NCBI GenBank assembly: GCA_002104945.1
Contig: MCFH01000006.1
Location: forward strand, 806,001-870,000
Source: Piromyces finnis finn
Taxonomy: Eukaryota; Fungi; Neocallimastigomycota
DNA: 64,000 nt
Direction: 5' to 3'
Part shown: one piece after another, positions 1 through 13,899 of the stretch
How positions within the stretch are numbered: the stretch's first letter is position 1
How the letters are laid out: each line of letters starts with the position of its first letter
Translations under genes and position numbers: made by a program
Notes under the pieces: generated by a model
What the model was told of the DNA's origin: nothing
Database searches by the model: none
What the model saw: only the letters and a program-made list of their open reading frames with translations

Positions 1-1342
1 ATTATTATGTACTTTTTCTTTACTACAAACCTTTCCAAAGTCTTATTTTTCCATCATCACCACTAGATGATAATATTGTTCCAGTGACATTCCATTCGAC
101 TCTCCAAACCTATAATTGTTTATTTAGCAAATTCAGTAAAAATATTCTTTTACAAAAATATTTTTAATTCATTTATTTAAATATATATATTGAAGTTAAC
201 CTCTGAGCCATGATCTTTAAACTCTTCAATGAGCTCAACTTTAAATTTACTGTCATTTTTTATTACATTTGTATTTATAATATTTTTATTTTTAACAGAT
301 TCATTTGAGAGTTTAAAAATTCTAACTCTTCCATCTTTACATGCGGTAGCGATCAATTGATAACTTCTACCAACATTTGGTGCCCATGCAACGTCATGTA
401 CTATATCTTGATGTCCATTTAATACTTCGCATATTTGCCATTTATTATGTTGATCTAATTTATAAATCTATACATTTTTTATGTTAAGATTAATTTTTAA
501 AATAAAGTTATTAATGTTCTTAAGATCATAATAGAAGTAACATCTTTTTATATTATTTTTTGAAACTCATACTCTTGCTGTGTTTTCTCTACCACAACCG
601 ACGACTATCATTGGTTGATTAAAACGTGAAGTACTCCATGATAAACAGTAATGTCCATCAGATTCCTTTCCTGCAGATGTAACTTCAATCTCTTCCTGTT
701 ATTATCATTTTTGTTTTTACAGTTTAATTTTTATATATATATATTATCAAATTGATAGAAATTTAAGTAACTATTTCATTTTATTTTAAATAAAAATAAA
801 ATTTTGGAATAATAATTACAAGTAAAGTCCAATGTAATAAATTCATAATATCCATTGCTTCATATATTCTTAATTTTCCATCTGCTGATATTGTTGCCTT
901 TAGATTAATAAAAATTATTCAATTAATTTATAATTTTTATAATTTATTAAAATGGATTTATTAATAAAGATGTGAAAGGAAACACGTTATTACAAGTTTA
1001 AGTCCTAAATAATTTGGTGCAAATTCAATATCTTGAACTGAACCTTGGCTTTCAACTAATTTTGCTTTTTCTACCCATCTTTTTCCGCCTTTTAAAGTTA
1101 TAAAAATTTTAATTTTACTTGTCATTTATGCTTTGCGGGTTTAATTATACAAATTATTAATGTTCATATATATACCATATTCTTGTTCTTCCCATATTTT
1201 TACTGTTCTATCAATTGAACAAGATGCAAAAACTTGTCCGAATTCTGGATGAGCCCAGCTAACTTTTAATATTGAACAATCATGGGCCTATATATTTGTA
1301 CATTATTAAATTATCAATATATTAAAAATTAAATATTAGACT

Positions 1343-1376
<34 letters not shown>

Positions 1377-1710
1377 TAGTTCACTGATGAAGAATGAAAA
1401 TTTATCAATTTAGAATAATTTTTTTTATTAAATAACTTTAAAAATAATGAATTGTTAGAGTATTGTATTCACCTTCCATGAATCATTCATTATCCATTGA
1501 CCAGTTTCTTCGTTAAGATCCCATACTTTAATTCTTTGATCTGAAGAACAAGTAACCAACCTATTTATAATAATAATAGTAATTAATAATTTTTCATATA
1601 ATATAATTTTTACACTAATATAAATACCTATTTCCATAATAATTATATGAAAGATCGTGAATTAAATCTTCATGGTAGGTATCTAGTTGTTGAATTTGAT
1701 TTGTTATCAT
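1..1710 (-). CDS. SEH1: Nucleoporin / SEA-GATOR2 subunit Seh1 (WD40), multi-exon; 3' end runs off the left edge
   Basis: Spliced translation gives [28 protein letters not shown]|[14 protein letters not shown]...[36 protein letters not shown]...[33 protein letters not shown]...[26 protein letters not shown], matching known Seh1 motifs. ATG at 1710; GT-AG introns. Confidence 0.93.
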
Positions 1711-2789
1711 ATCTATTTTATTTAATTAAATTTTATTTTATTTATTTATTTTTTATAAATACTTTTCTTTTTATATTGTACTAAATATTAAATATTAACA
1801 CCTAGGTTATATTATATGAAATAAAATTATTAAGCAAAATTTTGTCCTATTATATTTAAATTATGTATTAATAATGATTAATAAAATAATTCAATTTTTA
1901 AAGTGTAATTTAATTTTAAAATTTTTACTAATAGGTAAAATTAAAAGAAAAATATTAAAATATAAAAATTAAAAAAATGCTATGAATAAATAAACTAAAA
2001 TCATTTATATGTTTAAATATATATTATAATAGCAATAATAGCTTTAATTTTATTAAATATAAATTTATATCTAATTTAACACAAACTAATATGAACAACT
2101 TTCATATTTATACAGTTAAATATTAATATACATATTCTTTTATAAACAAGATAATAAATGATTACTATAATAATATATGATTTTATCTTAGTTTTAATAA
2201 TTGTGCTATATGAAATTCAATTATATTCTTAGATGTTTTTTCTGGTTTATAGTTATCAGATTATTTCATTATTATATTATAGATTAATGTTGTTTTTGTA
2301 TTAATAGAAAGGAATAACTGATTTCTTACTATACTTATTTTTTGTTAAAAAATATGTTTTAAATATGTGCAATTTTTATTTTATAATGTTATTTATACGT
2401 CTTAATTGTTAGAAAATATAATATAGTTACTTCATTAAGTTATTATTAGTCTTGGTCTATGATTAAAAGGTAAAAATAAGAGACGAAATTTAGGTAATTA
2501 ATAATTTCTGTAAACTTAAATTATTATAAAATTAATATACGTGTAACATAAATCTTTTTAGGTTTAAATACATCCACCACTATATTCTTTTAATGATAAA
2601 TTCTATAAACAAGTTATTCTTTTATTATTATATTTTATATTATTTTATATATGATGATATTCCATTAACTTTTTCCCATTGTAAATAATTAGTAGTTTTT
2701 ACTATTTTGTGGAAGTATATTATTAATGTATTTTAATAAGTAAATTATTATTAATGAAATATTTCATTTATGAATGTTTAAAAATGCAT

Positions 2790-2870
2790 AAATAAATAAA
2801 ATAAATAAATAAATAAATAAATAAAATAAATAAATAAAATAAATAAATAAATAAATAAATAAATAAAAAA
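2790..2870. repeat. (TAAA)n / (TAAAA)n low-complexity tract
   Basis: Directly visible tandem aaat/aaaat units. Confidence 0.8.
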
Positions 2871-4005
2871 GATTTATTAAATTATTATAAATATCAACTA
2901 AGTTTGTTTATATATTTTTAACAACAAAAATATTATTAATTTATTAAACAATTAAAATATGAAATGATTGGTCAAAATAAGATAAAATATGTAACATTTT
3001 GAACTGTAAATTATAATGTATATTGTAAATTTTATTTATTTTACTATTATTGTGCATAGTTATGGTATTATAATACTAAAACTTGATTTTATAATTTTAT
3101 TATTACCAATTAAAATAACTTGAACTAAGCATATATTATTTTTATGAAGAACAAGTTAAACAGGTACACTTTTAACAAATTAAACTTAATGTATAAATTC
3201 AGCATTGAATTATAAAAAAAAAAGAAGATATTTCTCTATATTTAATATATTTATATAGTCATTTTTATTTATCATTTTGTATCAATTATTTATTTTATGT
3301 AAATTCGATTTTACTCTTGTTTAATATTTCTATTTCTTCTAAATTATTAATTAATAGAATTTAGAATTTGTCTTTTTTTTAATTAATACAATATATATAT
3401 CATAAACTTTATATAATCAAAAATACTAATTAACTTTAATTTAATATAATATTTTAACGTAGTACAAAATAGACTTTATTATAATATATTTTTAATATAT
3501 AATCAAAATAAAAAGAAATACCTAAAAGTGGTACAAAATGTTAAAGTTACAATTCTATTTATTAATATTTTACTAACTTTTCTAATATATATAATATATA
3601 ACAATTAAAGTTTAATATAAATGCTTCATATTGTGATTTCAAATATTATATTGTGACTTTAATTTATGTACAAAATATATTTAAATCTGAACAGTCTAAT
3701 ATATTACAATATATTATGAATTAAAAAGGGTTTTATGTTATTTATTTTTTTAATTTAATAAATGTTCAAATACATATATAAAATTTAAGGATAATAAATA
3801 GAATGAAACACAAAAATGTACCTAATTCACAAATAATAGAATAAGTAATATTATTTTATATAATTTTTTTTTCTTTTTTTTCTTTTATTTTTAAAAAATT
3901 AAAAATTAAAAATAATATTTTCAAAAAATTTTTTGAATTAAAATCAGAAAGATAAATAAACATAAATAATATTATTTATTAATAATTTTATTTTGGATTA
4001 TTTAT

Positions 4006-4038
<33 letters not shown>

Positions 4039-4148
4039 GAAAAATAATATAATAAGAATAAAAAATAAATAATAAATAATAGACAAAATCTAATAATAAA
4101 TAAAACAACTTTTTAATCTAATATAATACTAATATAATATAATACAAA

Positions 4149-6259
4149 ATGACTAGCTGCTTCCCATTCTTTAGTTCAAAGAAATCCAAGAAGGAAAAGA
4201 AGGCTCAACAAAGCCAAGAAATTGATGATATTCAAACTGATGTTCCACCAACTGGAACTCCAGTTGTTGATTTAAAATCTGAAAAACTTCAAGACCAAAA
4301 GAATCAACAAGAAATTGTTGAAGAAGCTAAACAACAAAGTGATCTTCCTTCTGTTGATACTAATAATCTTCCAGCTACTTCAAACCAATCTGCTATTCCA
4401 GAAGAACCAGAAGTTACTACTCATGTTCACACTCATGAAGTTGTTACCATTAAGGAATTTATTCCACAAAGCAATGGTTCATCCGAGAAGGAATTAAATG
4501 CTGAACTTAAGGCTGCATTAGCTGAATTAAAATGTGCTCAATTAAAGTTACAAGTTGTACAAGATGAAAATGTTGAATTATTAGAAAAGAACTTAGATCT
4601 TAATGATTTAAAGAAGAAGGATATTGAAAGAGAAAATGAATTAAAGAAGTTAAAAGAAGAAAACAAGAAGTTAACTGAAGAAATTGGCAAGTCAAAGGAA
4701 GAAGTCAAAAAGTACCAAAATCATATTAATACTGCTGGTAAGTGTAAAACAAAGATATGAATTATTTATTTAAAGGTGTTTAAAATACTAATAAACTTAA
4801 CAATATTTTACATAGGTCAAGAAATTGAAAGTTTGAGAAGAAAGATTATTCAAAAGCAAGTCGCTGATCCAAAGAATGCAAGTGAAATTAATAACACTGT
4901 AGAATTATTACTTAATGGATTAAAGGAGGCCTATGATGAAATAAATCGTCTTGATGAGAAAGAAAGAGATTATCTTGTTATGGCTAATGAAGCTGGTGAA
5001 GAAATCTTTGAACTTAAGAAGAAGTTAAGAGACACTACTATTTTAATTAACGAATGTGGTCAAGAACTTGTTGATCTTAAGAATGAAAATGAAGATTTAA
5101 AGAAAGAAAATGATATTTTCGGACAAATTATTACTTGTTTATCAAGCGAACTTAAATGTGCTAATAAGAAGATTGAAAAGTACCAAGATAATACTAATGA
5201 ATTAATTTTAATTGCCAATGAAACTGTATGTATATTTAAATCTTAACATTTAAATATAAAATTAATAAAGTATTAACTTAATATTATTATTTAGGGTGAA
5301 GAAATTATTAAGTTACAACAAACTGGAAGAGACAAGTCTGTAACTATCAATGAAACTGGTCAAGAAATTTGCCAATTGAAGAATGATATCGAACAACTTA
5401 GAGGAGAAAATAATATCTTAAAGGAAGTTTTTAAGACTCTCTTAGAAGAATACAAGATTGTTAAGAAGGAAAATGAAAGTTTAGTTGAAAAGGAAAACGA
5501 TCTTTATATTCTTGCTAATGAAGCTGGTGAAGAAATTACTAATTTAATTAGAAAGGAAAGAGAAGCTAACATTACTATCACTGAAGCTGGTACCGAACTT
5601 CTTCAAATAAAGGCTGAAAATGAACTTTTAAAGAAGAATGAAGAAAAATGTTTAGCTATTATTGAAGCTGTTAGCAACAATTTATTAGAAGCTAATAAAA
5701 CTATTGAAAAGTTAAATAATGAAAACCAAGATCTTTTAAATGTAGCTAATGAAACTGGTGAAGAAATTATAAATTTAAAGAGAGTTCAAAAAGATCAAGC
5801 TAGACATGTTACTGAATCATGTCAAGAATTAATTGAATCTAAGGTTGCATTGAGTGAAATTACAAATCAAAACAATAATTATGAACAAATAATTTCTGGA
5901 TTAGTTGAAATGTTAAATCTTTCAAAAAAAGAAATTGAAGATATGAAGAATCGTGAAAATGATTTATTAGCTTTAGCTAATGAAACTGTAAGTATTTTTT
6001 TATTAATATATATAATATGTTAAGAAATTATTTTAGATATTCATTATAATATTTAATGAAATAGGGTGAAGAAATTAGATCATTAAGAATGAAGCAAAAT
6101 GATGCTAGATTAATTGCTAATGAAACTGGTTCTGAATTAGTAGATTTGAAGGATGAATTAAGCAGAGTTAAAGCTGAATTAAGTTTATATAAGCAACAAG
6201 CTTTAACAGGAAAGCAAAATCAAACTGTTAATGATTCATACAAACAAGTCCAAGTTTAA
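4149..6259 (+). CDS. Uncharacterised coiled-coil protein with four 77-aa repeats; exons 4149-4737, 4816-5225, 5295-5987, 6065-6259
   Basis: Three ORF-track segments join in frame through GT-AG introns; stop TAA at 6257-6259. The ANE(A/T)GEEI motif recurs every 77 residues. N-terminus MTSCFPFFSSKKSKKEKK. Confidence 0.88.
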
Positions 6260-7709
6260 TATAAAGGATAATTTCAATCAATGTCTACATAATGATTATA
6301 AAAAATAAAATTTAAATATTATTTAGGTAAAGATTAAAAAGAAAAATAAAAAATAATCAAGAACAAAAATCAAATATTAAAAAAAAAAAATAAGATATAA
6401 ATAATATCAAATAAGAGTTTCAAAGAAATTATTTATCAAAATAGTTTAAAATGAACTCAATAATATATGCAAAGCAAATATATATTTAAAATATAAATAT
6501 AAATATAAATACAAATATAAATATAATTTAAAGTATCAAAAAATATGATACAATAATAATTAATATAAAAATCAAAATTTAAAAATATAAAGTAATACTT
6601 AATTATAATCCAATTATAGAGTATTATATTTTTAATTATAAGAAATTAGAAATAAAATATTTTATATGATTAATATTTATATAATAATAAAAACATTAAT
6701 ATATAAATATATAATAGAAAATATATTATCAACAATATATAATTCTTCAAAATATATACTGTTTATACAAAAATAAATAATTATTTAAAAAAGAAATATT
6801 AATAAAATAACAAATATTATTCATTAAATTCAAATAAACATTTCAATATTATATTTCAAATGGAAAGATAAGAAATGGAAGAACAAGAAAATGTAAAAGA
6901 AAGAATTTATAATAATATTATTTAAATTATTAATAGTTTTTATTTTATTTTTTTTTTTTTTAAAAAAAAATAGCATTAGATATAAATCTAAATAATTAAT
7001 TGTATTCTTATGAGGAATGACAATTAATTATAGCTATTTATTTTTAAAAGCTTAATAACTTTATATAATAATATTAGATTTTGAATAATACTAATATTAT
7101 TATGTATTGATTATTAATTGAAAATTATTTATTTATCGTTTTAAAAATATAATCGTAGATATTAGAAAACGTTTTTTTTTTATAGAATTTTATATTTTAA
7201 TATTTTTTTTAATGTGATATAATTAAAAAACAACAATAATACTATAATAAAAAAAAATTAATAAAAATATAAAAGAAAAAATGTTTAGGTATTTTGAGAA
7301 TTCATTATTTAATTCTTTCTTTCAGTCAGTTTTCTTTCTTTAGTATTAATCTTTCCATAAATTTTTTTTAATATTTGATTTTGTGTAATCTAAAATGGAA
7401 GAATAATTTATTCAAAAAATATATCATTTTCTGTTTAATAATTATGTTTTATTTTGTAAAAATGAGTTATTATAAGTTAATATCAGATATACATTAGCTC
7501 TCAATCATTGAATATAATATCGGTGCTTATTAATATGTTTGGTGCCTATGGTAGGTATTTTAATAGGAGTAAGACACTTTATATGTGTAACATGAGAATA
7601 AACAATCATTCATTCAGATATTTTTGTATTGTCTTATCGATTTATAGAACTTTAGTTCATCATTAGCTAAAGTTTCACCAAGAAGGAACATAAAAATATA
7701 GTTATAAAT

Positions 7710-7710
<1 letters not shown>

Positions 7711-7748
<38 letters not shown>

Positions 7749-7859
7749 CTATTTCGGGGAGTAGATAGGTGATGAATTTATCCTATAAAAAAAGGGTAAA
7801 AAGAGCATCAAGAAAGATAAGGGAAAAAGTTCTGAATTCAAAGAATGAAGAACATTCTA
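7711..7859 (-). mobile_element. Short poly(A)-tailed retroposed fragment (3' end of an unidentified LINE/SINE or retrocopied RNA)
   Basis: About 115 bp, more GC-rich than its surroundings (7745-7859), ending in a 34-nt poly(A) on the minus strand (T run 7711-7744) and abutting the tail of the next element. Confidence 0.45.
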
Positions 7860-8566
7860 TTTTTTTTTTCATCAAATATTTTTAAACTTTCTTATTAATT
7901 TAATTGAAATAATAATAAAAACAAAATTAAAAATAAAAAATAAAAAAATAGGTTTAAATAAAAACAAATGAATAAAAATTGGGTATAATGTATTCTAGTA
8001 ATTTTAATTAAAACAAGAAAACCACTATTATACTAAAGTATAATAATTGTATTTGACTTCCAATGAGACACCGAGCCAAAGATCAAAAATTTAGGGACAA
8101 AATTATGATTTTCATTGATTGCGCTGGCCCTCCTGGCTTGTCTTACTGTTTCATCAGCATTGACGCTCTTGACTGTTGCTTCAAACCTTTTGAACATTGA
8201 CCATTGCTGGCCAATAGTAAAAGGTATGATTTTGGTTAGAGGTTCCGCTGTTACTGTCAAGAATGGTGTCCCTTCATAAGTGCCCGATCGAATCTGACAC
8301 TTGCAAAATTCTTTTCATTCCCTTGAATTAGAATTTATATTATTAAAACTTCTTCCCCCAAGAAGGAATTTAAATATTTTATTACATACTCTAAAATAAT
8401 CATACACATTAGAACTAATACTATTAACTAAGTGACTATCTAAATTAGAATTATTATCTTCATTATTGCTATTACTAGCAATTCTGGTAGTGTTTTCATA
8501 ACCGCATCGAATAAAAATAATCCAAGTAATTCCTAAATTTAATTGAGGTATGTTGAGACCGATATG

Positions 8567-8568
<2 letters not shown>
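7860..8568 (-). mobile_element. Heavily 5'-truncated, degenerate non-LTR (LINE) retrotransposon copy: 3' end of the ORF plus 3' UTR
   Basis: Aligns by eye with 8610-~9270 (shared KIFKFLLGGRSFNNIN...QQWSMFKRFEAT..VNA.ETVRQARRASA and the 3' UTR). It has a TGG>TGA nonsense change at NSRE*K and a T10 tail at 7860-7869. Confidence 0.88.
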
Positions 8569-8612
<44 letters not shown>

Positions 8613-10920
8613 GGCATCAAATATTATAAACTTTATTATTAATTTAATTAAAATTATAATACATGTAATAAAAAATTAAAAAATAAAAATAAAAATAAAA
8701 AAAAATATGTTTAAATAAACACAAATGAATAAAAATTGGGTATAATGTATTCTAGTAATTTTAATTAAAGTAAGAAAGCCACTATCATACTAAAGTATAA
8801 TAATTGTATTTGACTTCCAATGGGACACCGAGCCAAAGACCAAAATTTTATCATGGGACAAAATTATGATCTCCATTGGTTGCGCTGGCCCTCCTGGCCT
8901 GTCTTACTGTTTCTTCAGCATTGACGCTCTTGGATGTTGCTTCAAACCTTTTGAACATTGACCATTGCTGGCCAATAGCAAAAGGCATGATTTTGGTTAG
9001 AAGTTCCGCGGTTACCGTCAAGAATGGTGTTCCTTCGTTAGTACCAGATTGAATCTGACGCTTACAAAGTTCTTTCCATTCCCTTGAATTGTAATTAATA
9101 TTGTTAAAACTTCTTCCCCCAAGAAGGAATTTAAATATTTTACTGCACACACTAGAATAATCATACACTTTAATATTCACCGGATTATTAGAACTATTAC
9201 TATCATTAACTAAATTACTATCTAAATTAGAATTATTATCTTCACTATTGCTATCATTACTAATATTATTATTTCTATTACTACTATTGTTATTACTACT
9301 ATTGTTACTATTACTATTACTGTTATTGCTATCTCTACTGATATTAACATTTTCGTTATTATTGATAGGACTATTGGAATTACGTTGACTGAAAAAATTT
9401 AGTAGCTGGACTATGGAATCATAATGTTTAATACGGATATCTCTAAATGTTGGACAATCTAATAACCAATGTTTAATACTTTGAACACCACACTTGCAAC
9501 ATGGACAGTAGTTAGGACAAACTGGATCAACAAATTTGGCAGCTTTGGCAACTCTAGCATCCAACTTGTATCCGCTTCTTGCTTTCAATAGCCAGTAGAA
9601 GCCATAGGCAAACTCTGGGTACTCATAACATAATTTAATAAAATCTTTAGTTTCAATAAATTTATTATCATCATAATATTGCGCTTTGATTGAATTCCCT
9701 TTGAGATCTTTCCAATAAAAGTTTTTAATTGCTTTAATATCTCCATGCTTCTTTAGTTTTTTATCAAGTGTCCTACTTGATTTGCACCACGTGTATTTTC
9801 TAAATTTAGGAATGTAATTGACAAGGTGTGAGATAATACAATTTGAGTTTTTCCATTTGTTAAAACATCTAACCTGAGCTAACGCACATTTGGCTGACAA
9901 TGGAGGAATATTCAAATCTTTTGAAATAGAGTATAAAGATATAAACGATACAGCTTTATGAACTCCGGCAACCCATCGTATTCCTTTGTTAACATGCTTC
10001 TGAGCAATCCTAGACCTAGCTTTGTTGGATCCAAGTAATGGTGCAAAGTATGAAACTCTGCTAATCACTTGTGAGTTAAGTACTAGCTTTTTGAAGGGAA
10101 TAGGAATATTAGGATTTCTTAAGAATTTACTGACTGAGAAAAGTCCTTTCAAAACCTTGTTATTAAGAGCTTTAATTACTGGTTTAAGGGACAAATTCTT
10201 ATCAAATGGAACACCAAGATAAGTATAACAATCAGTAGTTGGAATGGGTTGTCCTGCTAAGTAAAATGTTGGATCTCTCTTGTTCTGATTTTCTATTGAT
10301 TCAGGACGAATCACCATCGTTGAACACTTCTGGATACCAAATTCCATTTCATTATACAATGCCCATTCATTAACTCTTCTAAGCATCTTTTTTAAGCATC
10401 CTCTTGTTGGAGCACAAATAACTATATCATCTGCAAAAAGTCCACCACAGCATCGAGTGTCACCTAAACTGACTCCAAGATCTTCGCACTCTTTAAATAT
10501 ATCATTAATAAAGAGATTAAAGAGAATAGGAGAAAGAGGGCATCCTTGACGGACTCCTTTCTTCACATCAAAAGATTTCGAGAATTGTCCATCTAATTTG
10601 ACATTAGCCTTAGATGTTAAATATAAATTTTTGATAAATTGTAAACTCTTACCTCGGATTCCTAAACAATCTAATTTATGGAGAATATTACCGATTGGGA
10701 CTGAATCGTATGCTTTCTTGAGATCTAAAAAGGCCAAATATGTCTCTTTATTATCTAATTGACGTCTACGGCATATTTCTTGGATTGAAATGAAAAGACT
10801 GATACTTTCTTCCTTTTTTCGAAAACCAAATTGTTCAGGTCTAATGAAATTATCCTTTAGACCATATTCTGAGATTCTAGTGGTGACAATTTTGGAAATC
10901 AACTTAATGCCATTATTCGT
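8569..10920 (-). mobile_element. 5'-truncated non-LTR (LINE) retrotransposon with RT ORF, CCHC knuckle, 3' UTR and poly(A) tail
   Basis: T41 tail at 8569-8609. The open frame begins inside the RT (..NNGIKLISKIVT) near 10920. No endonuclease domain or ORF1 is present. Confidence 0.93.
8851..10902 (-). CDS. Non-LTR reverse transcriptase, N-terminally truncated, with a C-terminal zinc knuckle
   Basis: RT motifs EQFGFR, FLDLKKAYDSV, GVRQGCPLSPILFNLFIND, LFADD and YLGV; C-terminal CPCCKCGVQSIKHWLLDC (CCHC) followed by an Asn/Ser-rich linker. Confidence 0.93.
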   Translation of the reverse strand: MISKIVTTRISEYGLKDNFIRPEQFGFRKKEESISLFISIQEICRRRQLDNKETYLAFLDLKKAYDSVPIGNILHKLDCLGIRGKSLQFIKNLYLTSKANVKLDGQFSKSFDVKKGVRQGCPLSPILFNLFINDIFKECEDLGVSLGDTRCCGGLFADDIVICAPTRGCLKKMLRRVNEWALYNEMEFGIQKCSTMVIRPESIENQNKRDPTFYLAGQPIPTTDCYTYLGVPFDKNLSLKPVIKALNNKVLKGLFSVSKFLRNPNIPIPFKKLVLNSQVISRVSYFAPLLGSNKARSRIAQKHVNKGIRWVAGVHKAVSFISLYSISKDLNIPPLSAKCALAQVRCFNKWKNSNCIISHLVNYIPKFRKYTWCKSSRTLDKKLKKHGDIKAIKNFYWKDLKGNSIKAQYYDDNKFIETKDFIKLCYEYPEFAYGFYWLLKARSGYKLDARVAKAAKFVDPVCPNYCPCCKCGVQSIKHWLLDCPTFRDIRIKHYDSIVQLLNFFSQRNSNSPINNNENVNISRDSNNSNSNSNNSSNNNSSNRNNNISNDSNSEDNNSNLDSNLVNDSNSSNNPVNIKVYDYSSVCSKIFKFLLGGRSFNNINYNSREWKELCKRQIQSGTNEGTPFLTVTAELLTKIMPFAIGQQWSMFKRFEATSKSVNAEETVRQARRASATNGDHNFVP

Positions 10921-11442
10921 CTAGATGTGATAGAGTAAGATCTTTATCAAAGGGTATTCCAGAACAAGAATATAACGAAACTTTTAGAATTAACAATAAA
11001 TTATAATTTTTTTCTGACTGTTGTATCATTAAAGTTATATAATTGTGACGCATTTTTTTTGCTTGAGCTATTAAATAATGTTAAAATAGATTTATAAGAA
11101 ACAACTTTATATAAAAGATGGAAAACTTTTATAAGTATTTTAAATATTTTATTTATTGAATTAATATTTAATTTAAATAAAATAAAATTTCTATAATAAA
11201 TTTATGGTGTTTTTAATCTAATTTAACTAAATAATTAAATATATTTATTTATTGGTACTAAAAATATATAACTAAAAAGAAAAATTATATTTTTTTCCTT
11301 TTTCTTCTTTTTTCTATAATAATATTAATTAATAAAATTACATATTAATTTTACAATAATTCATTTAATTTCTTCTATTTAGTAATATTTTCCTTTTTTT
11401 TTTTTTTTTTTTAGTTATATTAAAAAATCAGCATAATTAATT

Positions 11443-13899
<2,457 letters not shown>

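Noticed and set aside
7430-7700. Slightly GC-richer stretch with short minus-strand frames (FLLGETLANDELKFYK..., CLTPIKIPTIGTKH...)
   Set aside because: Broken by stops, with no recognisable motif or consistent splice pattern; it may be a decayed element but cannot be supported.
10921-11010. Short plus-strand frame (CDRVRSLSKGIPEQEYNETFRINNKL*) next to the LINE 5' junction
   Set aside because: Too short, with no start or partner exon found, so it cannot be called an interrupted gene. No TSD matching the other end of the retro stack was found.
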